DNA of 44,648 bases from Rozella allomycis CSF55 (lineage: Eukaryota): assembly GCA_000442015.1 (NCBI GenBank), contig KE560848.1, positions 219,389 through 264,036 of the forward strand, in the 5' to 3' direction. Below, piece by piece: positions 1 to 13,343 of this stretch. How positions within the stretch are numbered: the first letter of the stretch is position 1; each line of letters starts with the position of its first letter. The position numbers and the translations under genes were made by a program. Below the pieces are notes generated by a model. The model saw only the letters and a list, made by a program, of their open reading frames with translations, did no database searches and was not told the DNA's origin.

Positions 1-304
1 AAATCTGTGCTTATTAGTCTCATCGCATTCTTGAGTTTCCCCATCTACATGATTTCGAAAAGTGTTGCCTATGTTGTTCCAATCGTTCGTAACACGGTTT
101 TGCCCATTAAAGTTACCCCCTTGGCTTTGTATCGGTTTTCTTTGAATCCCTCCTGAATTCATCGAGTTTGAATTATATGCTGAACCCTTTGAATTGTTGT
201 CTGTAAATCCAATTTACAAATACCTTACCTGTGTTACAAGTGCCACAGCTTAAGGCAGTATCGATTAGAAAAAATATCAAGCAAATTAAGGTTCTTGAAT
301 ACAT
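1..304 (-). CDS. 5' part of a hypothetical secreted protein (runs off the window)
   Basis: ATG at 304 gives MYSRTLICLIFFLIDTALSCGTCNT, which is signal-peptide-like. A 28-nt GT-AG intron at 201-228 joins it to an Asn/Gly/Gln-rich frame that stays open to position 1. Confidence 0.7.
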
Positions 305-357
305 TGATAAAACAACCGAAGGAGATTTATTTAACGGAGAATATCGTTAGTTACAAC

Positions 358-1567
358 TTAGCGCCCTCTGTTTTTGATAAAAATTGAAGTTAGATTCCCA
401 AGTATTCCTTTGTCATATATGTTTTCAATATCTTTAACTGTATATACGGTCCTTAAGGATGATTCACTACTCATCGTTTTCAAAGGAATTTGAATAGATT
501 TCCCTGATTTCAAATGAACGTCTACATCTGACCATTTAAATGATTCATTGGTTGTGATACCTCTACATATCATTTGTAAATGATAGATTGTAAAAACACA
601 TACGACGACCGATACCAGTAATGTAAATAAGAATATCATAAGTAAAGCGGGTTCTTTTGGAGTTAATGACTAAATTTTTTTAGAAGAATTATTACAATAT
701 ACTTTTCATAAAAGTGTAATGGTCTATATTCTCCTTTTCCTGACATGATCAACCATGAGCCAATATCGATCTGAGTCCATATGGACTTTATTATGCAATT
801 GCAAGAGAAACAGACGTAAATGCAGCTGATAGTTAAAAAAATCAGGTATGCTATAAAGTAGATATGGTTATTCATTCCCACGCAATTGTTTATCCATGCG
901 CAATGATGATCATGAAGAGATATACATGAATCGCACAATGAACAATGTTTTGAACGAGCAGGTCTTATGTAGAGCAAATTAAATGATGTACTTTGGAAAC
1001 AAGCAAGTCCTGCATTCATTATCAGGGAAATACAAAACATAATCAAATTCGAACATTTCAAGCATTTTTCTGTGGTTCTGATGGGTAATTATTCCTGGGT
1101 CTGTAGTGCTGGCTTTATAGAATGACCATAGGCATGCTACCACGACAAAAGGTAAGATAACACTATAAGTTGTGTGCGATCAGATTCGTACTATGTTTGG
1201 AGGCTACCAAAGTGAATATTAGGCAAATATTTTTTTGCCGGAATGTAAAATAGGCAGAGTGTTCCCAAATACAATATAAGAAATGTTATCTCTATAGAAT
1301 TACATATCTAAATACTTGTAACAATGGATGTTTCTTATTAAATAGATACAAAACTGTATCTTTAGTTAATACGGCAATCTTTTGACCTCCCAATTTTTGC
1401 AAGAGTATGCTTTTAAGATCTCATGAATTATATTACAATAAAAGATTAAAAATTTCTTCTGTTATGAAATGATGGAATTTTCCTATTAAAGAATTTGGAT
1501 ACGATGGGCCAAATAACAAGGCTATAATTAGAACTGTGAAACCAAGAACCAAAAAGAAAAGTATCAT
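358..1567 (-). CDS. SWF1: DHHC palmitoyltransferase, Swf1/ZDHHC4-like (multi-exon)
   Basis: RPARSKHCSLCDSCISLHDHHCAWINNCVG (DHHC-CRD), a TTNE motif and C-terminal NIYDKGILGNL. The N-terminal FGP..NSLIGKFH and DPG segments join across 26-30 nt introns. Confidence 0.85.
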
Positions 1568-1707
1568 TGAAAATTTAGGAATAGAAAACTAGAATTTACA
1601 AAACAAATATTAAGAAATGAATAAATGTAATGAATGCTTTAAGGTTAATTCATTTTTTAGAAATATGTATTATTTGGTTAAAAGCCAAACTTAGCCACAT
1701 TTTCTTC

Positions 1708-3452
1708 ATGGACGGATTAACACCATCACAATATATTCCCAATGAAGAAGAAGGAGAAATCCGGTGTGTTTGTGAAATTATGGATGATGATGGATTTACT
1801 ATTCAATGTGACAAGTGTGGAGTTTGGCAACACACTATTTGTATGGGAATAGCCAAAGAAGAGGTTCCTGATACATACTTTTGTGAAAAGTGTGAACCAA
1901 GAGCAGTAGACGTAGAAGTAAGAGGATTTTCGACGCTATAATGTAGTTGGCGAAGAAAATGCAGCAAGAGAGGTTATCGTTACTTCCAAATAGTAGCAGT
2001 GGGCCTGAGATGAATGAAAGTTATGATTTGGGGAAAAGGCCTAGAGGTAGACCTCCGGGAAAGAAGCGCTATAACGAAGAGACGGACTATGAAGGCACTT
2101 TTGAGGTTATTCAGCAAAACATAGTTTCAGAAACGATAAAGAAAAATATAGAAGATATTTTTATGCTTCCTTTGTTTGCAACTCTTGACCTTTATCGAGA
2201 GACCCTGGAGTTTCCTCTGCGACCCATGTCATTTACTGTAAAGAGGATACGCAATAAAGGGTTTCCAAAGAAAGGGAATAATAAATTTGGGATATATGCA
2301 GGACAATCCATAGACGCTGGACGATTTATTTATGAGTTTCGAGGGATTGTGCAATTGAAGGCGATGATTGTGAGTGAGATATCATTAGTGGAATGCAATC
2401 AAAGTTTTGTGTTATTTCATCCGCAGCTTGACTTTATTGTTGACGCTAGAGAGGTTGGAGACAATGGCAGATTTATTAGAAGGTCGTGTAGGCCTAACGC
2501 AGAGATAAGGACGATAGTAACAGAAGATGAAAAGAATTTCAAGTTTGGAATATTTGCAAAGACTACGATATCTGAAAATGAAGAAATATTTATTGATGTT
2601 GATTTTGAGCATGGAAATTCTTGTTTTGTTTATGAATGCGGCTGCAATAATCCCGAATTTTGTTTAGCAAATTTCCCAAATCAGAATATTAAAGAAAATG
2701 TTCAAAAGAAGCGAGGAAGGAAGAAAAAGTCAATTAATGGTGAATCTGATAAAGATATAATTGATGAAGGAGAGAGTGAATTATCAGATGTAGAAATGAA
2801 CCAAAACATGTTGGAAGCGTCTAATAGTGATTTTAAGAAGCTTTCAAGGGAGGAGAGGAAGATAATGCAGTACATGGAATCGTTTGAAAGGTTAGAAAAG
2901 ATGCAGCAGCGAAAGAAGCAAAGGAGGAGAGAGCAGCCAGAAAACGAGAGAATTTTCACTTCGATTCCAAAGGCTGGTCGTCGTGGAAGACCAAAGAAGG
3001 AACAAAGCGTTGAATCGCCCGCGTCCACACCGCTCTCTGTGCAGACAAATTTACCATCTCCAGTTCAAGATCCAACAACGCCAGCGGCTAAGACACCTCA
3101 AAGTTCCTTTGAATCTTTAAATTATCGTGGCTTGAAAAAGGTTTGGATGGATTCTTATCTAAAAGATGGAGGTGCCTCAAAAAATGAACTGATTTGTACA
3201 CCAATAAAGAAACGCCCTCTTGGCCTCGGCATCGACACCTCCACCCTTTCCTTTGATCCCCTACCCACCTCCACTGGCATCACAACTGAATTCTTTCACA
3301 ATCAAACGCCTCTAGAAGATTCAATTAAACAGTCAGACCCTCCCGAGAGCTTAAAACATCCAGACTCTGAAACACCCTCAAAGGTCAAAATGTCCTTGTC
3401 AGAGTACATGGAACAAAAAAGATTATCTCGAAATTTCTCTTCTGAAAATTAA
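1708..3452 (+). CDS. SET3: PHD finger + SET domain protein, Set3/Set4 (KMT2E/SETD5) family
   Basis: PHD IRCVC...TIQCDKCGVWQHTIC...CEKC, a 29-nt intron at 1918-1946, SET domain with the Set3-type RFIRRSCRPNA, the LSREERKI motif and AT-hook-like GRP motifs. Confidence 0.85.
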
Positions 3453-3717
3453 TCCATCAATTCCCTCCTATAGCATTTTTTGTCAATAAATAAAAAGTTT
3501 CCTTTATTCTTTCTTATTTAGAAAATACCTGGGTGGCTTAGACACGTGATTTTTGCACTTGTGGGAAATACCTACTTTATTCGTGGAATTACATGAATCT
3601 TGTTTCATAAATTTAAATATTGCCCTGTTTATTTAATTGTTCTCTGTCAAATAAATGCCAAATGTTAATAATCTAAGTTTCAAGAGGCTTGTCTATATAT
3701 TACCAGGGTCTACTTAG

Positions 3718-5518
3718 ATGTCTAAACGAAGTGCGTCCACTATTTCATCAAGCCCACCTGTTGCAGCCCGAAGAGGTCGTCCCCCCAAAAATAGTACCAT
3801 GTTTGGTGTAATTCATAATTAGAAGTTGCCGCTTTGTCAGATGATGTCTCACCATCAATAAGTGATTGTTCAGATTACAGCTCTTCTGTAAACTAACGTA
3901 TATTTATTTATTCTAGTCCTCTGCTGGAAAAGAAAGCGTTACAGATGATATTATATCGCAGAAATTTCCAAAATTTACCACTGATAGAAAGAGACATCTT
4001 GTTTATGAATCAGAATCCAGTGAAGATTCTTTTGAAGAAACTGCTAATCCTGTTAATACTGTTATTACAGATTATGAAGAAGAGGAAGAGGAAGAGTTAT
4101 TCACCGATGCTTGCTTTGTCGAAATGCACGAGAAAATTACTACAGAGAAAATCATGAATGACATTTCATTTGGAGAAGATCCAATGGATGCAATAAGTAT
4201 GCTATGGTCTGATGCCGAGTCGTTTGAATCTTCGTTTAGCGACGATGAAGATATGAATCAGGCCATTTTAAACGACATTAAAGAAAATCAAACCACTAAT
4301 TCAAAACATGACAGTAGGAGAATCGCTCATTCTATGAATAACAACGTCATTGCTTCGCCTCCCCAGCCACAATTTAATAAATCGATGAGTCAGACTCAAC
4401 TGGAGCTCCCAATGGCCAAGAGATTCAAATCAGAGTTGGATAAATCCGACATGTTAATGTACGCCCACACGCCCATTGGAAAGGAGAATGTCGGCGATTC
4501 CAACAATAGTCAATCAACCTCTCTATCTGGTAATCCTTTGCAAATTCAAAATGGGTCTAACGCTGGCACGAAGAATTTCCTCGCTGGGCTTACAAAAGTA
4601 ATTTATTTAATCAATAGCTAATAGGAAACAATAATGGCCACACTTTCACAGCTTCCTTCTGTTAACATTGCGTCGTTGACAAACGCAGCGAAAAAGGAAA
4701 TGGAGATTAAAAAGCCCCAACTGTTCAAACAGCTCCCCAATCGACCATTAACCAGGATGGAATCTATTGAACTTATTTATCAAATGATCATGGCAGATAA
4801 AGAGTCTCAAAAACAGCTTCTTCAAAATCCTTACAATAAAAAGAAAAAGCCAATGTCTCCCAATAAAAATAAAAAGCCGGTGACTCCCAAGGTGTCAACC
4901 GCGCCACCACCACCACCAGCTGACAACAATCCTTTACCATCTGAGTTGAGCACGCTGTGCAAAGGCACTAAATTAGTTTCATCAACCACAAATGATTTAG
5001 ATTTGCGTCTGTCTATTGAGAATGCATTGCTTCAAAGCTCTGATGATGAAGATGACGTGGACGACATGGAAGAGCCAGTTTTGAATATTGAAGAGTTTGA
5101 ATATTTGAATCATTCACTAGTCGATCAATCTCAATGTGACGTTGAAAATTCAGAATCTTTCGAGCGGTGGGGGAAAATTCCAATTGGTGCGTTTAGGAGG
5201 AGCCGAAGAAGAAGTGCGCCTTATTTACTTTTATCAAGGGCATTGAAATCATCAGTCCTGCATCAAACTGTTGGAACCACAAAATTATCAGAATCAAAAC
5301 CTAAGCCATCTGTTATCCATAGTATGCTCACACCCACCGTATCCCAAGGTTTCGATTTTCCAGAATCTCCTACTTTAACTCCGATATCAAATCCTAGCTC
5401 GAATATTCAGAAATCAAGTTTGTTTTCTCCAGATTTCTTCAAAGACGATAATTTTCTCTCGCATGAACTTCCAGATACATTTCCATCACTTTCATTGACT
5501 CCACCAATGTTTCAATAA
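3718..5518 (+). CDS. Hypothetical low-complexity nuclear protein with an N-terminal AT-hook
   Basis: ATG at 3718 gives MSKRS...RRGRPPK (AT-hook). Three short introns (about 3734-3762, 3888-3916, 4598-4624) join it in frame to ORFs 4124-4621 and 4634-5518. It has acidic tracts and a WGKIPIGAFRRSR motif. Confidence 0.7.
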
Positions 5519-5558
5519 AGGCTTTTGAATTATATCATTTATAAAATACAAAATCTTT

Positions 5559-6330
5559 TTATTTAAATTTAATTTCTCGCTTCACTATATTGAACAATTG
5601 ATCTTGAACTATTGGCGGTAAATGGAAATTGGATATTTTAATCTCCGTGGGTTCGCATTCAGCTACGTTTTTATTTTTGCGCTGTTTGTAGTGGAAATTC
5701 TTATCGTTCTCAAACCCAAATCGATTCAACCTGAATTTTGTATTTTTATTTCTCATATTTAGAGGTATGGATTTCCCAACAATACCAAAATTATTCATTG
5801 ATTTCCCTGTTAACTAACATTAAGCAAGTTTACCTGGCGAAGACAATGACAACTGGGAAATTTGAGGACTCGTGTATACGTATTGCTCCTTTCGTCTTAT
5901 ATTACCAATGGATCTTTGAACATGGTCTATTGCAGCGATTTGAAGTGTCTGATATGAGCTAACTACTTTGTAATTTTTCACATCAATCAATGAATAATAT
6001 GAAGAAGTGTTGGTTGGAATTGTGTAATCAGTAAATGTATTGCAACTCGATACGCTAGAAGCTGTAGAACATTTCCTGTCAAATTCAGCGTCGAGACTTT
6101 CAGAGTAACATTCTATAGCCTCGACTATTTTAAATAACCCTTCTCCCCCATCTTGAGATAGAATAGGTAAAGGATTATGATAGATGTAATTTTTTTCTAT
6201 TCTTACTTATTAAATTAGGTATACCTTTGTTATCAGGACTGCCAATTGTAAAATTGTGAGTTTTGACTTGATTAGTGTCAATGTCAATAGCGTCACAGAG
6301 ACTATTCAATGACAAATTTTGAGAGTTCAT
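5559..6330 (-). CDS. Hypothetical protein (about 240 aa, 2 introns)
   Basis: ATG at 6330. The frame stays open after removing 28-nt and 27-nt GT-AG introns and ends in ORF 5559-5798. No recognisable domain. Confidence 0.55.
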
Positions 6331-6624
6331 CTTTTATTACAGGCAAATTGAGTTATTTTACCTTTTAAGGTTTCCTAGTCAAAAGAATGCACTAGACAAT
6401 TTTATTGTAAACAAATAGAATGCTTAAAAATATAATCGATAATAAAATTTATAGTAATAACTAATAGCTATTAATAATTAAATTATAAGTATACACAAAT
6501 ATTAACTTGAAACATTCTCTAATCATGCGTCAATTCTATAAATGCCTGTCAGAAAATTTGAAAACGTGTAATGATAATTTCAAAATTAAAAATATTGATT
6601 AATGATGCATCTAATCGTATTTAT

Positions 6625-7741
6625 TTATTTAACTTTAACTTTTTTTCTCGCTGAGGTTTCCTTAATATCTGGAATTTCTTCCCACACCTTGTCGTCTGCG
6701 TCAATCTCAGTTTCTTCATTTGCAACACAAATAGATGTCAACCGTTGCTTTAAATAGATCTTTTTAATTTAAATTGCTATGCTTACTTTCTTGAGCACTT
6801 TGCGGGTCGCTAAATCTATTACCCTGGCATGCCTGTCAATGGAGGCTGCATATATACTTTCATCTTTGATAAATAAACAGGATATACAACCAGGAAGTCC
6901 GGAAATAGTCCATATTCTCGCTCCAGTTGTCGGCGCAATACCGTAAATACTACCAATTGTATCTGAGACGGCAATAACGTTCTCAGTGCACGCGATTGCT
7001 TTGAATGCAACATCGCCTATCTTTACATCGACAATCGGTCGTTTTTGTTTTTGAATATCGTAAACGCGTATCTAATCAGTATAAATGACCACTGTTACTT
7101 CACTATTCAATGTTCCTGTAGCAATAGTATGTTTATTTATAAAACTCATACATGAGATATCAACGGCGACACGAATATTCAATTTATCATGCTTGACGTT
7201 TTTTGCTTTCCAAAAAGGATCAGCCAATTTAGTTTTTAAAATTTCTAATATAGAATAAACATTAACGCATCGCTCCTTTCCAGCAACTGCAAAATTTTCC
7301 TCAAATCCAGATAAACACCTCAAGTCTTTCCCGAGATCAAATTTCAGACACTCATCATTTACTATACTTTGCAAAAAGAGGTGACCTTCTGCAGTACAAC
7401 ATACAAAATTCCTATCAAAAAAGGCATGGAATATTACTCTTCGTAGACGTGAGCACCAATAAATGGAAAGCCGTTATTTTCAAACTCCCATTGTTTCTCT
7501 ATGTCTCCATTCATATCTATAAGCTCTACTAAGCCAGAATTTCTAAAAACTAAAATCTTTTCAATCATTTTTTATGACTGTACGTTATTTTTGTATGGTA
7601 ACAAATTTGAGATGGCTTGCTTTTTATCAACTTGTCCAAATTTATTTGTTTTTGTTTCTCCTCCTGAATTATTTATGCCTATACCTTAAAAAACTGTTAT
7701 TTACTTTTGACTAGACCGCTTTCATCGCCGACAAATATCAT
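6625..7741 (-). CDS. NSA1: WD40 ribosome biogenesis protein Nsa1/WDR74
   Basis: N-terminus MIFVGDESGLVK, FWKAKNVKHDKLNIRV and an acidic/basic C-terminal tail (DKVWEEI...RKKVK). Several 26-28 nt introns. Confidence 0.85.
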
Positions 7742-7977
7742 GGCCAACGAGTCAACGACAAGGGTGAGAAAAGTCGTATGGATTTTGAAACTAGTTTAAC
7801 TTATAGCGCTTTAGTCCATATTATTCAAGTTTACCCATGAACTATTGAATGGCAAGAACACCTATTGATAGAGGGGCTACTAGTGATAGACTTGTGTTAG
7901 TCGTTAATTATAATAGTGAATAGTAGTAGCCTTTATTTTTTAATTGTGATTCCCCATTCTTCTGTATTTAAAATGAT

Positions 7978-8660
7978 TTACTTCGTGAATTTATCAATCG
8001 CTCTTTCTTGTTCAAAACAAATTCCATAAAAGTTTTCACAAAATTCATTCTTTTTCCCTTAATACTCAAATCTTCATCCTTTTTTTGAACTATTTGTCGT
8101 TAACACGTACCTTACCACTAGATGGAATAACATTTTCGTTCGCCCCAAGAGAGACAAAGAACAAAAAGGGAACAAGCCAAACAAATAAACTAAAAAATGT
8201 AGCTACCTGAATTATTTTCTTTTAATTAATTATAATACCTTTGAATACGCGAAATAATAGCTCGTGAAATAGAAAAACCAAACAAAATGATCAATCACAG
8301 CTAATAAAGCTGAGATTATTAATTTTGGAGAAGTAACATCAATGTTCGGAAAATCATCCAGTAAATGTAAATAATACACATGACAAAATATGGAAAACAA
8401 AGTTCGAAAAAATGAAATGGAATCACTCACCCAAACTATTATATGAGAAACAATAACTGCCTTTCATGATATATTATTATTAACTGTACATTAATCAAGA
8501 TTTTGAGACATTTTTTCGTGTACACTGTGTGCTCTTCAATGAATTCCGTTATATACAAAAGACCGCAAGCTATTGACAAAACTACAAAAAGCTTACCGAT
8601 ACAAAGAATAGCAATTGCACCCATTAATAGAGCACCTATATAAACGTAAAACTGCAGCAT
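7978..8660 (-). CDS. SVP26: Svp26/TEX261 ER-Golgi cargo adaptor
   Basis: ACGLLYITEFIEEHTVYTKK, YLHLLDDFPNI and DHFVWFFYF; multi-TM, with short introns. Confidence 0.85.
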
Positions 8661-8845
8661 AGAATTTACACAATTTCACAAAAGGACTTTGGCTTCCCTT
8701 ATCCAAACGTTTTTAATAGAGATATATAAATTCCGTTGAATCTATTTCAAACTAAGCGTCAAAAAGGGGAAATGTAATTTTATTTGAATAAATTGTAAAG
8801 TGTAAAAGACGAAGCGTAACCTGAATTATATTTTTATTCAATGAA

Positions 8846-10110
8846 TTATATCAGCCCGATATCCTTCACGTTACGGAAAATAATAATACCGACTATATTG
8901 TTCAGGACTTTGGTCAATTGGGACTTGTCTGTAGCTTTAGTAAAATGAGTGTGAATGATTCTTTCGGTATTTTTGTTGCATTTTAAGAATTTTTTTCTCA
9001 TAAACTTTTTGGCTGCTTCCAATTCGCTTATACCTTGAACTGAATTATAGTCTTCGAATACGGATTTCAGAGATAGCGTGGGAAGGAGCATTTCAAAGAT
9101 ATCTGTCTTGTTCAAAAATAAGATAAAATGTCTGTCTCTCAAAAATTGATTATTCACCATGGATTCGAAAAGATCAAGTGCGTCATGGATTCGCCTCTGT
9201 GATGAAATTGAAATTAATATTACAATAGTAGGATCTTCTTCCATGAATTGGGCATATGAGCTTAACGAGGCCACAAAAATCACTGCATCAACATTGCTTT
9301 TCTAAAGAAAAACGTTCTTCTACCTGAACAAAGAAAGCCACTTATTCCTTGATGTTTTAGCCCCTGAAACATCTATGACATTCATTATGATATCATTGTT
9401 CATTTTAAACTTATGTTCAGAGATATCTTGAGTTGCATATCTAGAGTACAGGATATCCGATTCTTCAACATTATAGTCTTCAGACAGAACCCTTTCTATA
9501 TTTTCATCTTTAAGCCAGCTTTTTTAGTCATGATTAATTTATTTACTATCGGCAATTGTCAGGGAGAGAATTCATTTCGGCCTGATTTATGATGCCCGAA
9601 ATCACCGACCTTTCGATTGAGTTTATTAATAACGCGTTTGATCTATCTGCGTCTGAAAGTTCGATGGAATCTTTTTCGAAATCTAAAACTTCTGGGCAAT
9701 CATAGTTGTAATAGTACGACAAGGCGGCCTTGACGATGATGAGTGATTACAAGCATTACTTTGACGTCCTCATTGAAAAGGGCTTTGTATTCTTCCTTAT
9801 CAAGGAGAACTCTGGATAGTTGTCGATATATTTTCTTAATGTTATGCATAACGATGATCTTGCTTTGAGTCTTGTCCGTTTCACTGAAACCTTTGGTGGA
9901 GCTGTAAGCAATTTTCATTTGCTTTAAAACAGTGGTTTTACCGCTATCAGAAGCGCCTAGTTATAAATATTGGCTTAATTTACCAAGAAGAATGATGTTC
10001 TGGGTTTTATCAAATTCAAATTTCTCTTCAGCTAATTGTGCATCAATTTTAAGGCTGTTTTGTTTGGATAATTCTTGTTCTGATGCACTATCAGGTGCAC
10101 AGAAGAACAT
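8846..10110 (-). CDS. Heterotrimeric G-protein alpha subunit, atypical
   Basis: Spliced motifs LLGASDSGKTTVLKQMKI (P-loop), DILYSRYATQDI (switch I), DVSGAKTSRNKW (switch II), ILFLNKTD (G4), HFTKATD (G5) and C-terminal VKDIGLI. Confidence 0.9.
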
Positions 10111-10169
10111 TTAATGTGTTTAAAATTGATTGTTTTGGTTTACAATTGTATAGTATTTAAGCAAATTTA

Positions 10170-11680
10170 TTAATTTTGTTGTTTATTTGGTGGATTGCTC
10201 AAATCCAAAGGTTTTCCCGTTACTCTTTCATAGACGTCTTTGATGTCATTGCAGACAGTTTCAAAGTGAGATGTTGCGTCAAAAGTACGGGTGACGAATA
10301 CGTTATCATGTTTTCCGTCATCCATGGGTTCTTTGAGATCGCTTATTGTTACAAACTTGTCACAAATATGACCTAGCAAAGCATAAGCAGGCTCAATTTC
10401 TTTTTCGGGTAAAGAAGTTTCACAGATGGTGCTAACTATGGCAATGTAATAACCATTAGCGCAAACCTTGAAAAATCAACTAAACTTTTATACTTTGTGC
10501 ATGGAGGAGACACAAGCAATATAAATATCAGTTTTGCGACTCAATTGGCGTTGAGGAATAATAATCTGGCATGAATCCGCATCCCCGGTATTTGGAATTG
10601 GTTGTTTTAAAAGACAAATGGAACGAATAACTTTGCCAATGACTTTAGATTTATCAGGGAAATAAGAAGGATCTCCAATGACCATGCCACATTTAGCAAC
10701 CTTCTTAGAACAGAAATAAAAGATTACTTCTTGGCCAGATTTGACTCCAACAACAATTCCATTTTCCATAACTAGGCCATCGAATGGTTTATCCAACATG
10801 TAGGTACCCCCATATATGGCACTCAATCTATTTTTAGCTCAAATGATCTTTTACCTTGCAAACCCTTGTGGTAATTCTGAAAGGCCATACATTGGGTAAA
10901 TATAAGGACTTTTTCCATACTTTGCCAATGAAGAAACATACAACGTGATTCTATCAAATGTCTCAATGGCTGCCTTATTCAAGTATTCTTCATCTGGATG
11001 AAGTGCCATTGCGTGGCCAATGAAATCTTGCGTTCCAGATTCCAAGCCAAACTTTTGAAAGACCTTTTATTCTAAAGAGAATTTTCTACTTGAAGCATTG
11101 TGGTTTTCTCTAAATCAATTCCTTGATGTGTATTTGGATCCTCGTGCTTGTAATTTTGAATAAACTCAAAGAAGGACTTTGCTCGGCGTTTCTCAAAGAA
11201 TCCCATCAATGGAGACGTTACTGCCTCCATTTGTGTTGCAGGCACTTTGGAAATTTTGCCATCTCGATACACAAACGATCCTGCAATTTGTTGGAATTCC
11301 AAATATCTTGTCACATCAGTATACAATAGAATTTTAACCAATTCACCATTGGCCATCTTTTTAATTTTTAAGATCTACCTTTACCATAAACTTTGGAACC
11401 AAATCAATGTTGTAATCCCTATCCTTTCCATAATCCGCTGGCGGTGATTGCCCATCCTTGAATTTTTTAAACATCTTTTTTTCTAAACTAAAATGTATTA
11501 CTTGTGTCAAATTCAGTGAAGCACACTCGCCTCCATAATAGTCATTTCTATCCATGTGCAATACCTTTTTCCCTTCCATGGACAATAAAGACGACAAAAC
11601 GCATTCAGAAAGACCAGTTCCTAGAACTACAACATCGTATTTCTCATCCTACAATCACCAGCTATGACATAACATACCAT
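10170..11680 (-). CDS. GDI1: Rab GDP-dissociation inhibitor
   Basis: The first coding exon is the ATG alone (intron 11649-11677), followed by [53 protein letters not shown] and DATSHFET. Confidence 0.97.
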
Positions 11681-11949
11681 TGAAATCTCCAGGGTTAGTG
11701 TATTTCAAAATTCAACAGCAAATAAAGTCGAAAAACTATTTATTACTCCAAAATAAAAAACATAACCTATGGCAAATTTGATTTTAAGTATCACTGTATC
11801 ATTGTAAAGTATGCGATCTGCACTTTCAAGATAGATGATATTAATAATCAACTTTAAATAAATCATACACTAATTTATTTTTACATCTCGATTATTTGTC
11901 TAATTTTTAATTACTGACTTTCGGAATTTCTGTTGTCAGTTGTCACTAA

Positions 11950-13245
11950 ATGGGTGAGGTAACAAAGGTTAACACTGACGCATTACTACAATATGAAGTG
12001 CCTTTCATCAAGGTATAGAATGAAGAAATAATTCTATTTAGATACCTTATGAGCAGTATAAGAAGCAATATAGGCAATTGCAAAAGGTTACCGAAAGGGA
12101 TTTACAAACTTTCTCCAACCAACTAAAAGATATTCCAGGATTAATAAGATCAGGGAAAAGAAAACCTGAAGATATCAAAAAATCTGTGACTCAATACATG
12201 AAATCTATGAAGAAGAAAGTCGATGATATTTATGACGAAAACCAAAACACTACAAGTAGCCTGACCAAGAGAATAAAGCTTATGAATTGTTTTGAGAATA
12301 TCAAACAAATGGAAGATCCAGATTTTAATGTTTGGACAAGCACTTTATTGGAAAGACTAATCGTTGACTATTTGCTCAGAAATGATTTGAATCAAACAGC
12401 AAATCACATTTATAATTCATTGCCTATAAAAGTAAAATCATGAAAAAGTTCACAAAGGATTTTCTAGACCTTGATTTCTATGCAAGCTCAAAAAGAATTG
12501 CTTTATCATTGAAAAACAAGAATTGTTCAGGTAAAAATAGTTTACAGCTGGAATAAGATGCGCTTGTTTGGTGCTCTGAGAATAAAACTTACCTCAAGAA
12601 GACCAAAAGTGATATCGAGTTTCAGTTGAGATTTCAAGAGTATGTTGAGCTTTGCTCTCAAAGAAAAATTTCTGATGCTATTTCTTATTGCAAAAAATAT
12701 TTGATTCCTTGGAGAGAAACTCATCTCGAGGCTATCCAAAGGGCCGCGGCACTGATTGCTTTTAGTCCTTCTACGTCGTGTCCTGTCTATAAGGTAACGA
12801 ATGCTGGTCATAAAAATAGAAACTCTATGAAACCTCTAGATGGGACACACTTGTTTCCAATTTTTATAAAGAATGTTTTAAATTGGTAGGATTGCCGGAA
12901 AGTTCATTCTTAATTACTGCTCTAGAAGCTGGACTTTCGAGTCTGAAAACATCCATTTGCTCTCAGCCAAATAACGTAAATATTAATTGCCCTGTTTGCA
13001 ATCATGAAATTTCAAAGTTTGCATCCAAGCTTCCATGTGCTCATCACATAAATTCTCGAATAGTATGCAGAATTAGTGGGCTTGTGATGGATGAACATAA
13101 TCCACCACTTATGCTACCAAACGGCAAGGTTTATTCGACAAAAGCGTTGACTGAAATGGCTAATGTCTCTGAAGGCAAAATCACTTGCCCAAGGACTGGA
13201 TCAGTTTATCAATTTAGTGACTTGCGAAAGTGCTACGTACTTTGA
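11950..13245 (+). CDS. FYV10: GID/CTLH E3 ligase subunit Fyv10/Gid9/MAEA
   Basis: YEVPFIK/IPYE N-terminus, LisH (ERLIVDYLLR), CTLH/CRA region and degenerate RING (CPVC...LPCAHH...MDEHNPPLMLPNGKVYS...CPRTG). Four 26-29 nt introns. Confidence 0.92.
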
Positions 13246-13343
13246 AAAAAATAAAAGTAGTTTTACCGAATTTTATTTTCATCATTCTTTGTTGACTCTT
13301 TGCCATTGCAACATCACACCTTGACAACGATTTTAGGTACGTG

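Noticed and set aside
2221-2650. SET domain lacking the canonical NHS motif (RRSC instead)
   Set aside because: This is the normal state of the Set3/Set4/KMT2E family and is not novel.
13299-13312. X-box (RFX)-like tttgccattgcaac upstream of flagellar CFAP58
   Set aside because: It has two mismatches to the palindromic consensus, and similarly loose matches occur near non-ciliary genes (about 7830 and 11763). It cannot be supported without genome-wide enrichment.
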